A stretch of 63,750 nucleotides of DNA, filler included, from Octopus bimaculoides (GCF_001194135.2; 5 parts of 5 records of this genome joined end to end with filler, not necessarily neighbours in it); one strand, 5' to 3'; positions 37,900-52,646 are shown, counted from the first letter of the whole stretch. Made by a program: numbers and translations. The notes: a model not told the origin generated them from the letters alone.

Positions 37900-40060
37900 T
37901 TATCGATTGTCTGGAGTTTCTGACGCCTTTCCAACTATTATTGAAATCTTTATTCAAATAGGAATCCCAATACAAAATATTAGTTAGTTTTCGTATCATC
38001 ATTACATTTTTCTGAGTTGGTTATACTGGTACCTCATGCTGGTGTACTTGTAATGTATTGAATAATTGAGATTGCTCTATTAGTCTAATTGCCAAACGTT
38101 TAGTAAATTATCTACAAGACTTGTATAATATTTCTTTCGCTGAGATGTACTTGTAAAATTTGTTAAAGTCTAGATCAAACTATTTATACGTTTATACGAA
38201 AAATTAAAATGTTTGCAAGTATACCTTGGTTTTAAGCTGAATGTTATTCTTAGATAAAATTTAAAATTCATGTTAGGTTGTTTGTTATATTTGTTTAATA
38301 TTTCAAGACAAATTAATGTAATTCGATTGGTGTACATTACTGACAAGACAGCCAAATATGTATTCATGATAATTCGGAGGTGATATGTAGAGAATTAATA
38401 AGAAAACTAGAATAAAATATCTGTAGTGAGAAAAAAGACAAGGTAGAAGTCAATAGTTAGTATTATTTCCATTAAAGTAGGAAACAAGAGCGATAACACA
38501 AGCAATATTTTCGATTTGTACCAACCCCATCAGGCAAATAACAGCATTCCACTTATTGAATTAATAATGATTAAGTCATTAGATTAAGGTGCGAGATTGT
38601 ATATTTGTTGACTTTGGAAACTGAATTGCTTACATATCCTTGTCCGATTGTCACTAACAGTAAGCTACACTATTGGAGAAAGTTGAAAGAATTTACGTAT
38701 AAAAGGGCAGTGATTGAATCAATGAGCGAGGAATTTCCACTACACTCAGTAGATTATTTGTGTTTTATTGTGTTGCTATTGAATATTCTCAAAATGGCAA
38801 CTGATTGTTCGTTTTTATTAACATTATATCTTATATATAACACTATGTGATTCTTAACTATCATGACAAGTTGATTGACTGTCTCATACCCTATTACACT
38901 CATATTATCGGTCGAAGATGCGGATTAGAAATTTCCACAGAGCAGTTTGTATCATTAAACATGTCACATCAAATACGTAAATAATTATCTAGCACTGTGT
39001 TTATTTTCAAAGCTAGCTTCAGGTCAGTACTGACACAATGGACTACAAGCTAACATTGCTATTTTTCTTACCAGCTAAATAGAATATCTTTCTCCCGCTA
39101 CAAATAAAGAATAATGGCCTCTGTCTTGAATAGGATAGTGCCTGTTGTGGAAAAAAATAGCATTCTTATTGGGCTAGAGTTCATATAGATTGTATGGAAA
39201 AAATCAAGTTATGTTCATAATTTTATGAAGGAAGTAATATATCTATTATTAACACCATTCGGAAAAGAGACCGCATTGGAGTCCTAGGCTGTAGATCATG
39301 TATACTAACGATTATATATGGGAAATTTAATATTTAATTATAGGAAAGGCATGTAGTCTTAAAGCTTTCCTATGATTCAAGAAGAATTCTTCTCAAAAAT
39401 AAAATAAAAAGCAATACGTAGGAACGTTGGCTGATATCTGTTTAATCAGATGGTTTAGATCAACTCTATAACAACAAAAGAATACAAAGATAAAGAAGAC
39501 AATGCTCGACAATACTTTATTCAGAAACATAATCTCTAGTAATACGATGTAAATATTGAATATCGGTTAAGTTCCTCAATGATCGTTTCACCTTACTGTT
39601 GTATTCCAAATCGGTAATTGTATTTTATGTTACCAAAACCATAAATACCTTGATGTAGCATGAAACCCAATAATGATTAATAGAGGAAAGTCAATAATAC
39701 ATTGTCTAGAAAGAGGCTAATCTAACAAATGATTTCTACACAACATATGATTAATATTTACGTTAAAGCTTTATGAGCAGTTATCGCACATATTTCAATG
39801 TTTACCAGGAAGCAATATTTACCAAATATTACTCTTATTGAAGAAAACTAATGGAAAATAGAGATCCTTAATTGATCCAGGAGCTGTGAAGTGTTAAATA
39901 ATTATTTCATGTGAAGATTGAGATATCGACAACTGTAGCACAATTATCAGTATAGTTCTATGTAACTGAAGCTACTTTAAGAACCGGTGGTCGAAAGTTT
40001 GTATCCAAATGTTTCAAAATGTAGTTCAATGTCGGTATAGTTGTAACAAGAAACACTTAT
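37900..40060 (-). mobile_element. Ancient, near full-length Penelope-like ORF relic (RT plus GIY-YIG)
   Basis: Degenerate motifs in the expected order on the minus strand: HLDTNFRPPVLKVAS (cf. HK..PLRPILS), IEICA (cf. ETIEICA), PLLIIIGFH (cf. PxLANIFVGFH), then FTKRLAIRLIEQ (cf. T.xRL..RI.xH). Confidence 0.5.
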
Positions 40061-40487
40061 GAAGCGAACCTAAAAACTACACGTGGAGACAAACGTGCTT
40101 TTGTTTCGTTCATGTCTTCATAAATAGGTTCACTTCATCACTGAACATGCCTAGAAACGAATCTAAAGTAAAATAGAAAAGGAAATAATTATTAAGGCAA
40201 TTTGGTCAATTTTCACCGGTTAAATTTGGGCGAAATCATCGAGTCTTTTTTCACAAGTCATCAGAAATTGATTCAATACAACATAACTAATAGCGCATGC
40301 GTACCATATACTGGCAAAGAAAATAAAATCACGTGACATATTCCCTTATGGTGATATTATAATGTCTACCAATGCATCTCACCAAACAAGCACGTATACA
40401 TACCTGTGCTTTATGTGACTAAATATAGATGCCATAATATATAAACGTACCATAAGAATTTAGTACAGTACTAATGATATCCATTAT

Positions 40488-41062
40488 TATTAGATTGTTT
40501 CACATCAAATGCCGCATTTTTAATTTCTTGTTATTTCAGTCATTTAAATACTCAATTATGTATACCTAGCATTTAATCTAGACTCTTTTTCCTTCCCAAC
40601 AATATTAATATACACACTTCGTATACACAGACCATTTGAACATGATAACAACCAAACTATGTTGAGTGATTTTCTCGTATGAGTACAAACTGCGTCATTC
40701 TGCTGCAGAAGCTCTACGGAATATCAAGCGAGTCTTTGGTAATGGTTTTGTTGACATCAGAACTGTTCAGAGATGGTTCAAAAGCTCTCGTTCAGGAGTT
40801 GATAGCCTTGAAAATAAACTAAGGGGTAGGCCAAAATCAGTTATTCGGCATGATGGATTAAATGCTTTGGTTGAACAAAATCCGAGAACAGAGGTTCAAA
40901 AACTTTCATCAGAACTCCAAACATCTTGTACAACTGTTTCTGAACACCTGTAAAAAATTGGAAAAGCCAAGAAAACAGATAGGTTTGTTCCACATAAACT
41001 GAACGAGATTCAAAAACACAGACGCCTCGAAGTGTGCTCCTTATTGTTTTTTCGACTGGAAC
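40488..41062 (+). mobile_element. Mariner-family transposon, 5' fragment
   Basis: TIR-like tattagattgtttcacatcaaatgccgcatttt at 40488. Transposase N-terminus IFSYEYKLRHSAAEALRNIKRVFG...TVQRWF...RGRP...HL*KIGK...FVPHKL (WVPHEL-like); truncated before the catalytic domain. Confidence 0.88.
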
Positions 41063-41524
41063 TATGACAGTTTTCGGTTGTCATCAATTTCACATAAATA
41101 TATAGAAGACCTTTGAGCAATGTAGTCTCTGTAAGACGATGTCAATAAATGAAGAGAAAAATGAAAGATGTGCTCAGACAGACTGTAACAGACTGTAACA
41201 AACTGAGTCTGTCCGACGGGGCCTTGATGAATGCCAATAGGCATGAAAGTATATACTAGCCTTTATATATTTAATTCTCTATATTTAATACTCAATATTT
41301 CATATATTCAATAAGACATTCAATACTTCATTTCATTTTACTATTTATATTATATTATATATTCCATATTCTATATCCCACATTAATTTTATAAGAATAT
41401 AAATAAAACATAAAAAAACAGACATAGTTGGAACTCTTTTAAATAATATTTTCCTCTATACACGATCATACAAAACCCTTTTTTGTATATATTTTTATTT
41501 TTATTTTTATTTTTATTCACACAT

Positions 41525-41569
<45 letters not shown>

Positions 41570-42299
41570 CGTGTGTGTGTGTGTGTGTGTATGTGTGCCT
41601 TGTGCCTGTGAAATTAATGACGTGCAATATTTTACAGATGGAGATTTCATATTTCTATCAGTGTATTGCTACATATGTTTCGTCATGACATGTATTTTTA
41701 TGGGAACACCTCACCATACTCATAAGATATCATTAAATATTATTTATAATATCCAGGGATCATTAATTCGAAATGCATACTTCTTCAGGCATTTTTTGCA
41801 TTAGTTTTCGTCAAATTACTTTGTTGTTTAGGATTCAGGATATTAATCATTTTACAGCAATCGAAAAGTTGTGTTGGACTAATGAGCAGTGCTTGTAAAT
41901 CATAAAAAATTACTAGATTGATGGATGCATTGATAGAGGCATGAACTTTGAGAGGGATAGTTTTGCATATCAATGCATGTGGAAGTTGAAGGTGAGAAAG
42001 AACGAAAAAGACTGAAAGAAGCGGAAGGAGATAAAATTATGAGTTATATTCAGTTAACTGAGCGCATACAGGACGACAAGTAGAATGAAAGAATAAAAGA
42101 ATTGAGGATTGCAGAGTTAAGAGTAAGAAACAGAAAAAGAGAAAAGAGTGAGTGTTTTAAGGATTAGATATATTTAGTTGACATGGGAATGTCATTCTAC
42201 ATCACCACCCGTGTTTCTCTAATGAATAGACAAACGTCATAAATAAAATGGTTGATAAAAACATGTTTCTATCATTATCATTTTCCAGTTAATCATTTG

Positions 42300-42900
42300 G
42301 CAGAAACCGAATTATTTTATCCGATGTGTTTTGTGTTCGAAGGTATGTCACTTGGCTCACGCTGTGTTGCCTATCTAGGCGTCTTAAAGTGAGAAGATCT
42401 TTGTACTCATAGTTCTATTAAACAATCTATTTAATAGTAGCATCCCGGCTACATTTTCAATAGTTTATTATACTTCGCGCCTTTTTGTTCATGTATATTT
42501 CATTGCTATCATGTATTGTACTTACATTATTATGCATATGAGTTATTCCGATGTCTTGTAACTATTGCCAGCTATATCTATACATGTAGTATTTCTAATA
42601 ATTCTTATTTCATATATTGGTTCTTTATATTCAACATATGTTCCCAGAGTACTTCTAGCATCTGGTTTAGTTGTTATGGATGAATATTTGGTGTTTGCTT
42701 TGTAATGATTTTTCAAACTCCATGAAAGATTTCTTGATTGTGTGCCGACAAGATAATACCGTTTCCAAGTGTATATTTGTTATGTGTTCTTTATATATGA
42801 TAATTTCCAGCGTTCTTTCAATACATTAGTTGCCTACCCGTGATATTCCGTCATAATGTTTGATGTTTTTCACTATTAACAGTTTATATGTAAATTCTCT
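42300..42900 (-). mobile_element. Decayed Penelope-like GIY-YIG endonuclease and 3' end
   Basis: Minus strand: EYHG*ATNVLKERW (cf. YIGxTxxxFKxRW), LSWSLK (cf. LSKYIWxLK), LLNR. Confidence 0.4.
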
Positions 42901-43169
42901 TTCTGATTAGTTTTGATCTCCAGGCGATGTTAGCTAATGATGTGCAGTGGCTCATATTTTGATCTGAAAATTATGCAATATAATTTGAGAGACAATTCTT
43001 CATCATGTCACTGGTTGCACCGATGCACACGTATTTGCATGCACTCGCCTATATTCACATTTATAAATCACGTCTCGTCTACTGCAACTGTTTTAAAATT
43101 TACACACACTTCTATGTCTACAGTTACTTGTTATCAAATTTGTTTTTGGTTTTATTATTCAGTGTTTAG

Positions 43170-43470
43170 AGTGCGTCAGACTCACAATCATGAGGTAGTG
43201 AGCTCGATTTCAGGACCGGGCTGTGATTTGTATTCTTGAGCAAGACACTTTATTTTCACGTTGCTCCAGTTCACTCAGTTGTAGAAATGAGTTGCGACGT
43301 CCCTGGTACCGAGCTGTGTCGGCCTTTGCATTTCCCTTGAAGGACATCGTTGGCGTAGATAGAGAAGACTGGTATGCATGGGTAACTGCTGGTCTTCGAT
43401 AAACAACCTTGCTCGGACTTGTGCCTCGAAGGGTAACATTCTAGGTGTAATCCGATGGTGTTTCATGAGT
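43170..43470 (+). mobile_element. tRNA-derived SINE with CORE-like domain
   Basis: tRNA-like head (...gagctcgatttcaggaccgg), then cttgagcaagacacttt...ttgctccagttcactcagttgtagaaatgagt, resembling the MIR/CORE consensus. Confidence 0.65.
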
Positions 43471-45465
43471 GAAGGAGGGCTTTAACCTTTTTACTCTCTT
43501 TTACTGCATAAATTCCCAAAGCGGAGCACAGAGCTATTCGACTGCGTGCTCTGGCTGCTATGGAAGTTCAAATAGTTGATTCTTTGTTTTTCATCTATGT
43601 CAAACACTATGGTCCTGCTTTCACCGGATTCTGAGTTTACCGTGAAAGAGTCATTCACCTCTCCCCTTATATTCTTCCTGATAGAATATTTGTTCCCTAT
43701 TTATCATCATTCGAGATTCATTTCAACTTTAAAATTTTACTTCATCCATTTTTTTTTTGTTATTAAATTTACATGTATAATATTCTGGTTTATGCGAAAT
43801 TGCGTACGCTAATTTTACTTTGTGTTTGTTGGGGGTTTTGTAATATCTACTCAACCGGAGAAAGTGTCTATCCGGTGCGAAGAAAAATGTGTCACTTTAG
43901 AAAGTTGAAATTGGCAGCACGGCATGCGTCAAGTAAAATACCTTCTAACTCAAAACGCATTGAGTTAAATAATTCGGATGGAAGTTGAATAACCCGAAAA
44001 GCATAAAATAAAAATAATTCTTATTCACCATTCAATTTATGACATTTTTCTATTCATTAGAGAAACACAGGAGGGTGAATTTAAGTTCAATTCCCTTGTC
44101 AAATAAATGTCTCATCCTTAATACACTCTGTCTTTTCTTTTTTTCAGTTTCTTTCTTACTTCCTCATGTTCCCAAGTTCTTTTATTCTTTTATTCTTTTA
44201 TTCTTCTTGCCTTCCTGTATGTGCACACAACTCACAATTTTATCTCCTTCTTCTTTTCTTTTTCGTTTTCTTTCATACCTTCCATATACACCTACATAGG
44301 TATGTAAAAAAAGAACGAAATTATCCCTCTCAAATTCCATGCCTCTATCAATGCATCAATCAATCAATTAGTTTTTAAGGATTTACAAGCACGGCCTATT
44401 AATACAACAGATCTATTTGATTGGTGTAGAATGAATAATATCCTAAAATTTAAGCAACAAGGAAATCCGACGTGTACTAATACAAAAATTGCCTGAATAT
44501 ACATTTCGAATTAATGGGCTCCCATAGTGTTCGTGGATAGTATAAATAATATTTGATGATATCTTATGAATATAGTGAGGTGGTTCGATAAAAATATATG
44601 CCATGCCGAAACATATGTAGCAATGCTTTAATAAAAATTTTAAAAAATCTCCATCTGCGAAGTGTTTATCGTTATTAATGTACTTCTACTACGCTGCAAG
44701 GAGGGCACCATATATAACAACCCGTACAAAATGAACTAGACATGTTTCGAATAATATACGGAACCAGTAACAGATACCATAGTGTATTTCATGAGATCAC
44801 TGGTAGACATATGCCATATACAAAATACAAAATTACATATGTATGTATGCATGTATAAATAAATTGTATATATATATATATNNNNNNNNNNNNNNNNNNN
44901 NNNNNNNNNNNNNNNNNNNNNNNNNNNNNNNNNNNNNNNNNNNNNNNNNNNNNNNNNNNNNNNNNNNNNNNNNNNNNNNNNNNNNNNNNNNNNNNNNNNN
45001 NNNNNNNNNNNNNNNNNNNNNNNNNNNNNNNNNNNNNNNNNNNNNNNNNNNNNNNNNNNNNNNNNNNNNNNNNNNNNNNNNNNNNNNNNNNNNNNNNNNN
45101 NNNNNNNNNNNNNNNNNNNNNNNNNNNNNNNNNNNNNNNNNNNNNNNNNNNNNNNNNNNNNNNNNNNNNNNNNNNNNNNNNNNNNNNNNNNNNNNNNNNN
45201 NNNNNNNNNNNNNNNNNNNNNNNNNNNNNNNNNNNNNNNNNNNNNNNNNNNNNNNNNNNNNNNNNNNNNNNNNNNNNNNNNNNNNNNNNNNNNNNNNNNN
45301 NNNNNNNNNNNNNNNNNNNNNNNNNNNNNNNNNNNNNNNNNNNNNNNNNNNNNNNNNNNNNNNNNNNNNNNNNNNNNNNNNNNNNNNNNNNNNNNNNNNN
45401 NNNNNNNNNNNNNNNNNNNNNNNNNNNNNNNNNNNNNNNNNNNNNNNNNNNNNNNNNNNNNNNNN

Positions 45466-45522
<57 letters not shown>

Positions 45523-45845
45523 TTCATCAAGATATTATGAAAACAGTATTATTTGGCAAGGCGTGAACAAACCATAAAATAACATACAAAATTATGAGAA
45601 TTTAGAGAATACAAAAATATAAAAAGTATATAATTCTAACACAATATGAATCAAAATGAAATAAAGATAAAAGTAAAAGCATCAAAATATAATATAATAT
45701 GATCTAGAAACATGAGAATCGTGTACTCCGTGGAGAAATTAGTGAAGATAATAAAGATATCAATATAAATACATAAACACACAAACAAACACACACACAC
45801 ATACACACATATGCACAAAGACAAGCAAGCACACACACACACACG

Positions 45846-45876
<31 letters not shown>

Positions 45877-46711
45877 ACACGCGCGGTATTGTGGTGTATC
45901 ATCATCTTTTCCTTTTCATTGTAATTGTATGCCAACTGATTTTCCTTTTCTCAATGGTAACTGTGTTTACGTGATTATCAATTGAATGGCATACAGTACT
46001 TATTTGTCAATACGAGTGTTTGTTTCACGTGTGTGTGTATGTGTGTGTGTGTGTGTGTGTGTGAGAGCATACACACATACAAAAGCACCGATATCATCAC
46101 CACACACATTTTTTGAATATATGTATAAATGTGTGTCTGTTTATATATAGACGTACACATATATATATATGCACATTTATAAGTGTCTGTATGTTTACGT
46201 GTATTTCTCTGACAATAAATACTTAGGGAATACAAATTAATTGAAATGTTGGATGATTGATTAGAACGTTAATAATGTAGTTCTAGAAAATATAGAACGC
46301 ACATAGCTTTTTCGTGCGGTTTCTTATGTCTTATAATTTTATGAAATTTCTCGCTGCTCCTGTCCTCATATGAACGCTTATGCTGTGACATTTGATATGA
46401 GATAAGCAGAAATCGTATGGTGTTAGTATCATTATTTCGATAGATTAAATCAATAGAAAGTAACCATGTTGCGGATGCCATTTTTAAATACGTCAGCCGA
46501 TCGTATATTTAATCTTTGTCATACTTGTTTTCTCGATTTAACATTATCACAACTGTAAGATTAACCTTGCTGACTTCAACAAGCCTATTATTTTACATCA
46601 GTACATGAGGGCGCAGATACGCAAACGTACATCCCCTTAATATAAATATGTGCACGAATGTATGTAGATGTATGTATACACAAAAGTATATGTATATGAA
46701 AATACATTTAT

Positions 46712-46746
<35 letters not shown>

Positions 46747-46791
46747 AATACATATATACAAATACATATATAAAACAACAGATACGTTTAT

Positions 46792-46836
<45 letters not shown>

Positions 46837-46849
46837 ATTATCACAGGCA

Positions 46850-47830
46850 ATAAAAATCCAGGTGACATCGCAAGCTTAGAGCGGGACCTGAATGCAATAT
46901 AGAAGTGGGCTGAAGTAAGCAACATGCAATTTAGTGCTCGAAAATTTCAAGCACTGCACAATCAACTCACAAATGCACTGCAGCCTGCATATACATGACC
47001 CCAAGGCACTGCAATTCCATAATCACAGGTCGTAAAAACATGGCAATGAGTATGTGCAATGATGGATCATTTCATATGCACATTACAAAAATGGCAGCTA
47101 CTGGCAAGCTGGACACTAAGGTCTTTCAAGACAAGAGACCAAGAATTTATGTTGACCCTGTGGAGGAGCTTTGCTCTCAGCCGCCTGGACAACTGCTCTC
47201 AGCAACTATGGTCACCACACAGTGCCAAAATAATAGTGGAGTTTGAAGTAGTCCGACGTCACTACGCTAAAATGATTGGTGCAACAGGTGAGCTACAGGG
47301 AGAGGATGTAAAAACTACAGCTTTACTTCCTGGAGCGAAGACGCAGCAAATAAGTAATAATTTATATATGGAAAACTCTAGAAGTGTTAATACCTAACTT
47401 CGGCATGGTATGATATACAAATGCCAGAACTGGACGCCATTGTATTGTATCAAATGTACCATCCACTCGATCTAAATAGCAAAACACAGACCTATTATCA
47501 TAATGAATTTCTATTAGGTTTCAATGCAGTTCAATGCGCTGCCACAAATACAAAGAGACCTATATAATGTGGACGTAATTGTGTTCAAAAAGAAACTGGA
47601 CATTCTCCTCTCTACAATACCGGATTAACCGACTGCCCAGCATGACGTTCAGACGAGGGCAGCGTAATCAACGTCCGTCATACACCAAATGGGTCAACAG
47701 CTGGAACAAACGCACATACAGCAGAGGTGATGTGAAAGCCGCCAGCTTGAAGAAATTAGTGAAACCACAGTTATTCTCCAGCATGACCGTAACTACATGG
47801 CTGAAAGGAATAAAAGAAATAAAAGAAAAA
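46850..47830 (+). mobile_element. CR1-clade LINE, 3' portion (RT C-terminus and 3' UTR)
   Basis: LERDLNAI*KWAEVSNMQFS..KF, WTLRSFKTRDQEFMLTLWRSFALSRLDNCSQ.LWSPH, VFKKKLDILLSTIPD; tail ctccagcatgaccg...atggctgaaaggaataaaagaaataaaaga. Confidence 0.85.
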
Positions 47831-47940
47831 GAAATGCAAATTATAAAGAGTCGAAGACAAGAACTAAGCTTCAAGAGACTTCTAAGGCGAGATTCACATT
47901 TGTAAAAAAAAAATGACGCCAGGAACCATTTGTGGAGACC

Positions 47941-48148
47941 TCTGTCTTCTACTATAGACTCCGGCCGACCAAAGCCTTGTGAGTGGATTTGGTAGACGCA
48001 AACTCAAAGACGCCCGTCGTATNNNNNNNNNNNNNNNNNNNNNNNNNNNNNNNNNNNNNNNNNNNNNNNNNNNNNNNNNNNNNNNNNNNNNNNNNNNNNN
48101 NNNNNNNNNNNNNNNNNNNNNNNNNNNNNNNNNNNNNNNNNNNNNNNN

Positions 48149-48224
<76 letters not shown>

Positions 48225-48440
48225 TATGTGTGTCTGTATTTGTCCCCCCAACATTGCTCGACAACCGATGCTGGTGTGTTTACGTTCCCGTAACATTAGC
48301 GGTTCGGCAAAAGAGACCGATAGAATAAGTACTAGGTTTACAAACAATAAGTCCTAGGGTGGATTTGCTAGACTAAAAGCGGTGCTCAAGCATGACCACA
48401 GTCAAATGATTGAAACAAGTAATAGAGTAAAAGAGTAAAA
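47941..48440 (+). mobile_element. 5'-truncated family A SINE, spanning a gap
   Basis: Central domain, (TA)(TG) tract, second domain and aaaagagt tail. Confidence 0.92.
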
Positions 48441-49739
48441 GTGTTACTACGAAAATCAAAACAAGAATACTTTATAAGTATTCTAAATCCGAAACTAAAC
48501 CGAAAATAACATCCAACACTTCATATAATAAACAATGATAAAAGAATATTTACATATTCCCTTTTTACAAAATATTAGATAAAAATGATTACCTATGATA
48601 AACAAACGAAGATTAATTCATGAATAACAAAGGAAGAATTATTCATAAGTCCGAAAATAAACCGAAAATAGTTAATACCGCCACTACTACTTCCTCTTTC
48701 ATACATTTTCCAAGAACACGTGTGTTTGAAAACATTATCGAAAGCGCTTACACACGCTAGGGAAGATACTTCCTTCATAGACACACACAAATAACAACAG
48801 ATGAATTGTGATTCACTACAGCTGTGTCAGACATGATTTTCGTTGATGAACAGAAGTGTTACGTTATGTAAAATAAAAAAAAGTTTTGTTTTCCATCAGT
48901 GGAATTCTAACAAACATATAAATTCTGACAATGATACAGAGCTCCATCCGAAAACAATGTCACATTTTAAACTCGCTGATGTTCATATTTTTACTGTTCC
49001 ACTTACAGACTTTAATTGTAATGTGAGAATTATTTGTTTAAGCTCTTTTTCTGACAATCGAAGCCGATCCAGACTGTCAATTAGGCTTCTTACACATAAC
49101 ATCAAGTGCACCAATTATTATTGGTATAAATATGAATTTGCAATTCGGATATAGCAGCTGCAGGCTTCGAAGCAGTTTTTGATAATTATCTTAACAGTTA
49201 CCCATGTTTGCATGTATGTATGTATGTATGTATGTATGTATGTATGTATGTATGTATGTATGTATGTATCTATGTGTGCATGTATGTATGTATGTACACA
49301 CACATATATATATGCATGTAGATAAAACAGATATTTATGCATTGTAAGCTGTTCGTCGTAAAAACCACGTTATTACAAGGTCACCTATATACTGTGCGAT
49401 ATGGTTATCAACTGCATTTTTAATATAGCCATGAGCAGAGCAATGCCGTATCGCCTACATACATATCTGCTTACCTACCTACCTACCTACCTACCTACCT
49501 ACCTATCTACCTACCGAAATACTGCACACACACTCATATNNNNNNNNNNNNNNNNNNNNNNNNNNNNNNNNNNNNNNNNNNNNTTAATTAATTAANNNNN
49601 NNNNNNNNNNNNNNNNNNNNNNNNNNNNNNNNNNNNNNNTATGGATTTTTTTATTCAAGGTTTTGTCTGTTTTTTTTTTTGTTTTTTTTGCAGCCATAGA
49701 TTGGTTTAGATTCCCCCCCTCCTAAATGTTCATTATTAT

Positions 49740-50449
49740 TACTATTATCATCATCATCATCATTTTAAAAATTATTATTAGTTATTGTTATCATTACTAT
49801 TATCATTATTATTATTATTGTTAATATCATCATTATTGTTGTTTATTATTATTATTATTATTAGTAGTAGTAGTAGTATTGTTATCATTACTATCATCAT
49901 TATTGTTTTTTAATTATTATTATTAATATTATCCTTATAATTATTATTAGTAGTATTGTTACTACTATAATCATCATCATCACCATTATTATTATTATTA
50001 TTATTATTATAATTATTATCATCATCATTTTTAAAAATTATTATTATTATTGTTATTTTTTACATTACTATTATTATCAATATTTTTGTCAATATCATTA
50101 TCATTATTGTTTATTATTATTATTATTATTAATTTCATTATTATATTATCATTATCATTATTAATAGTATTATCATTACTTTCATCATCATCATCATCAT
50201 CNNNNNNNNNNGCAGCAAAAATACTACATACCACAAAGGTTATATATATATATATATATATATGTTCAAGATTCTGTTGTTGCTATATGATACCAATAAT
50301 AACAATACCGATGGTGATGATGATGATGCTGATATCTACCGGCATGTTTCCCATGCTATTTTATTTTTTCGCAGTGAGCGTTTCCGTTTGCTCTGCTCAT
50401 CTACCTATATTACACTAATGTAGTTTCCTTTAAGATTTTTTTTCTTCTT

Positions 50450-50523
<74 letters not shown>

Positions 50524-51419
50524 TGTCTTCACATGCACACTAAATTCTATTGCATTGCTGAAAGCTCGAGAATTCTTGCTGCGATTCAAAAATTGTATTT
50601 ATTTATCTGTGTGTGTTTTTAATTCCTCGTTTCNNNNNNNNNNNNNNNNNNNNNNNNNNNNNNNNNNNNNNNNNNNNNNNNNNNNNNNNNNNNNNNNNNN
50701 NNNNNNNNNNNNNNNNNNNNNNNNNNNNNNNNNNNNNNNNNNNNNNNNNNNNNNNNNNNNNNNNNNNNNNNNNNNNNNNNNNNNNNNNNNNNNNNNNNNN
50801 NNNNNNNNNNNNNNNNNNNNNNNNNNNNNNNNNNNNNNNNNNNNNNNNNNNNNNNNNNNNNNNNNNNNNNNNNNNNNNNNNNNNNNNNNNNNNNNNNNNN
50901 NNNNNNNNNNNNNNNNNNNNNNNNNNNNNNNNNNNNNNNNNNNNNNNNNNNNNNNNNNNNNNNNNNNNNNNNNNNNNNNNNNNNNNNNNNNNNNNNNNNN
51001 NNNNNNNNNNNNNNNNNNNNNNNNNNNNNNNNNNNNNNNNNNNNNNNNNNNNNNNNNNNNNNNNNNNNNNNNNNNNNNNNNNNNNNNNNNNNNNNNNNNN
51101 NNNNNNNNNNNNNNNNNNNNNNNNNNNNNNNNNNNNNNNNNNNNNNNNNNNNNNNNNNNNNNNNNNNNNNNNNNNNNNNNNNNNNNNNNNNNNNNNNNNN
51201 NNNNNNNNNNNNNNNNNNNNNNNNNNNNNNNNNNNNNNNNNNNNNNNNNNNNNNNNNNNNNNNNNNNNNNNNNNNNNNNNNNNNNNNNNNNNNNNNNNNN
51301 NNNNNNNNNACTTTCATCATCATCATCATCATCAATATTGTTTTTTAATTATTATTATTATTAATATTATCCTCATTATTATTAGTAGTAGTATTGTTAT
51401 TACTATCATCATCATCACC

Positions 51420-51467
<48 letters not shown>

Positions 51468-52130
51468 TTGCCTCTTTGCTTTCCTCAGCATCGAAGAAGT
51501 CTTATAAAAAAAAAGCTGGTTTCTATTGTACGGTGCCAAGCGTTCGTTAGTGTTTTATGACACTGTTTACTCCTTTTAATTAAAACGTTCCTAATTACCG
51601 TACTGACTTAGTAATTGCAACTTCTTCTCTGTTGCCATTGTTGTTGTTGTCATTGTTGTTGAGGTTGTTGTTTTTGTTTTCTCTTTATTCCATTGGTTTT
51701 TATTTTTATTTCAGGTCTTTTTCTAATTTTTGTTGTTGTTGTTTTTCCTTGTTCCCCGCTCCCCCCTTGTGATTACTTCTCAGTGCATCCTTACTGCATG
51801 GAGTGTTTGGTGGTGGTGGTGGGGGTGGGGCGTCGGGGGAGCTTAAAGAGGAAATGGAAGTCAAAGAATTGGGAATTTCCTTTACCTCCTTGTCCTCCTC
51901 ATCCTCGTCATCATTACCGTCATTGTCTTCATCATAACGATAATCATCATCACCATTAGTATCATCATCATTGTTGTTCTTATCATTTTCATCATCATCA
52001 TAACATTGTTGTTGCCTTCATCATCATAACATCATCAACATCATCATAACGTTGTTGTCGTCATCATCATCATCATCGTCAATATCATGTCATTATTATC
52101 ATCATATCACAATCTTCATTCTCATTTCTG
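49740..52130. repeat. Complex (TTA)/(TCA)/(TAG)/(TTG) low-complexity region
   Basis: Direct reading, with blocks re-used on both sides of the 50634-51309 gap. Confidence 0.85.
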
Positions 52131-52131
52131 T

Positions 52132-52174
52132 TATTAATTAATTAATTAATTAATTAATTAATTAATTAATTAAT
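52132..52174. repeat. (TAAT)n microsatellite
   Basis: Direct reading. Confidence 0.9.
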
Positions 52175-52646
52175 TCATTGTATGATCATTGGTGGCCGAG
52201 TATAGCAACAAGTTGGTTAAGCTGATAAGGGTTACTAGGATAAACTTTGCCCTTAATCCTTCCAATATTGATAGAATAAGCCCTGGGGCCAGGGGTTGGG
52301 GCCGGGCCTGATATAATCATCAATGCCAATCATTGATGGCAGTAAAAAAATAACAAAAAAGAAAAAAAATGTGATGTTTTCCTAGGGGATACATACCATG
52401 TCCCAGGGGGGCATTAAGAGCCATGAAGGGGTCATAAGCAATATTATTGTTCTTTAACTTGTTTCATTCATTAGACTGTGGCCATGTTGGGGCACTTACC
52501 TTGGAGAGTTTTTGTCAAATGAATTGACCCCAGCACTTTGTAATTGTTTTAAAGCCTGGTACTTACTTTATCGGACTCAATGTAATCCTCTTACCTCATC
52601 CCCTTAAAACTGCTAGCCCTTTGCCAAAAATTTGAAACCATTAAGG

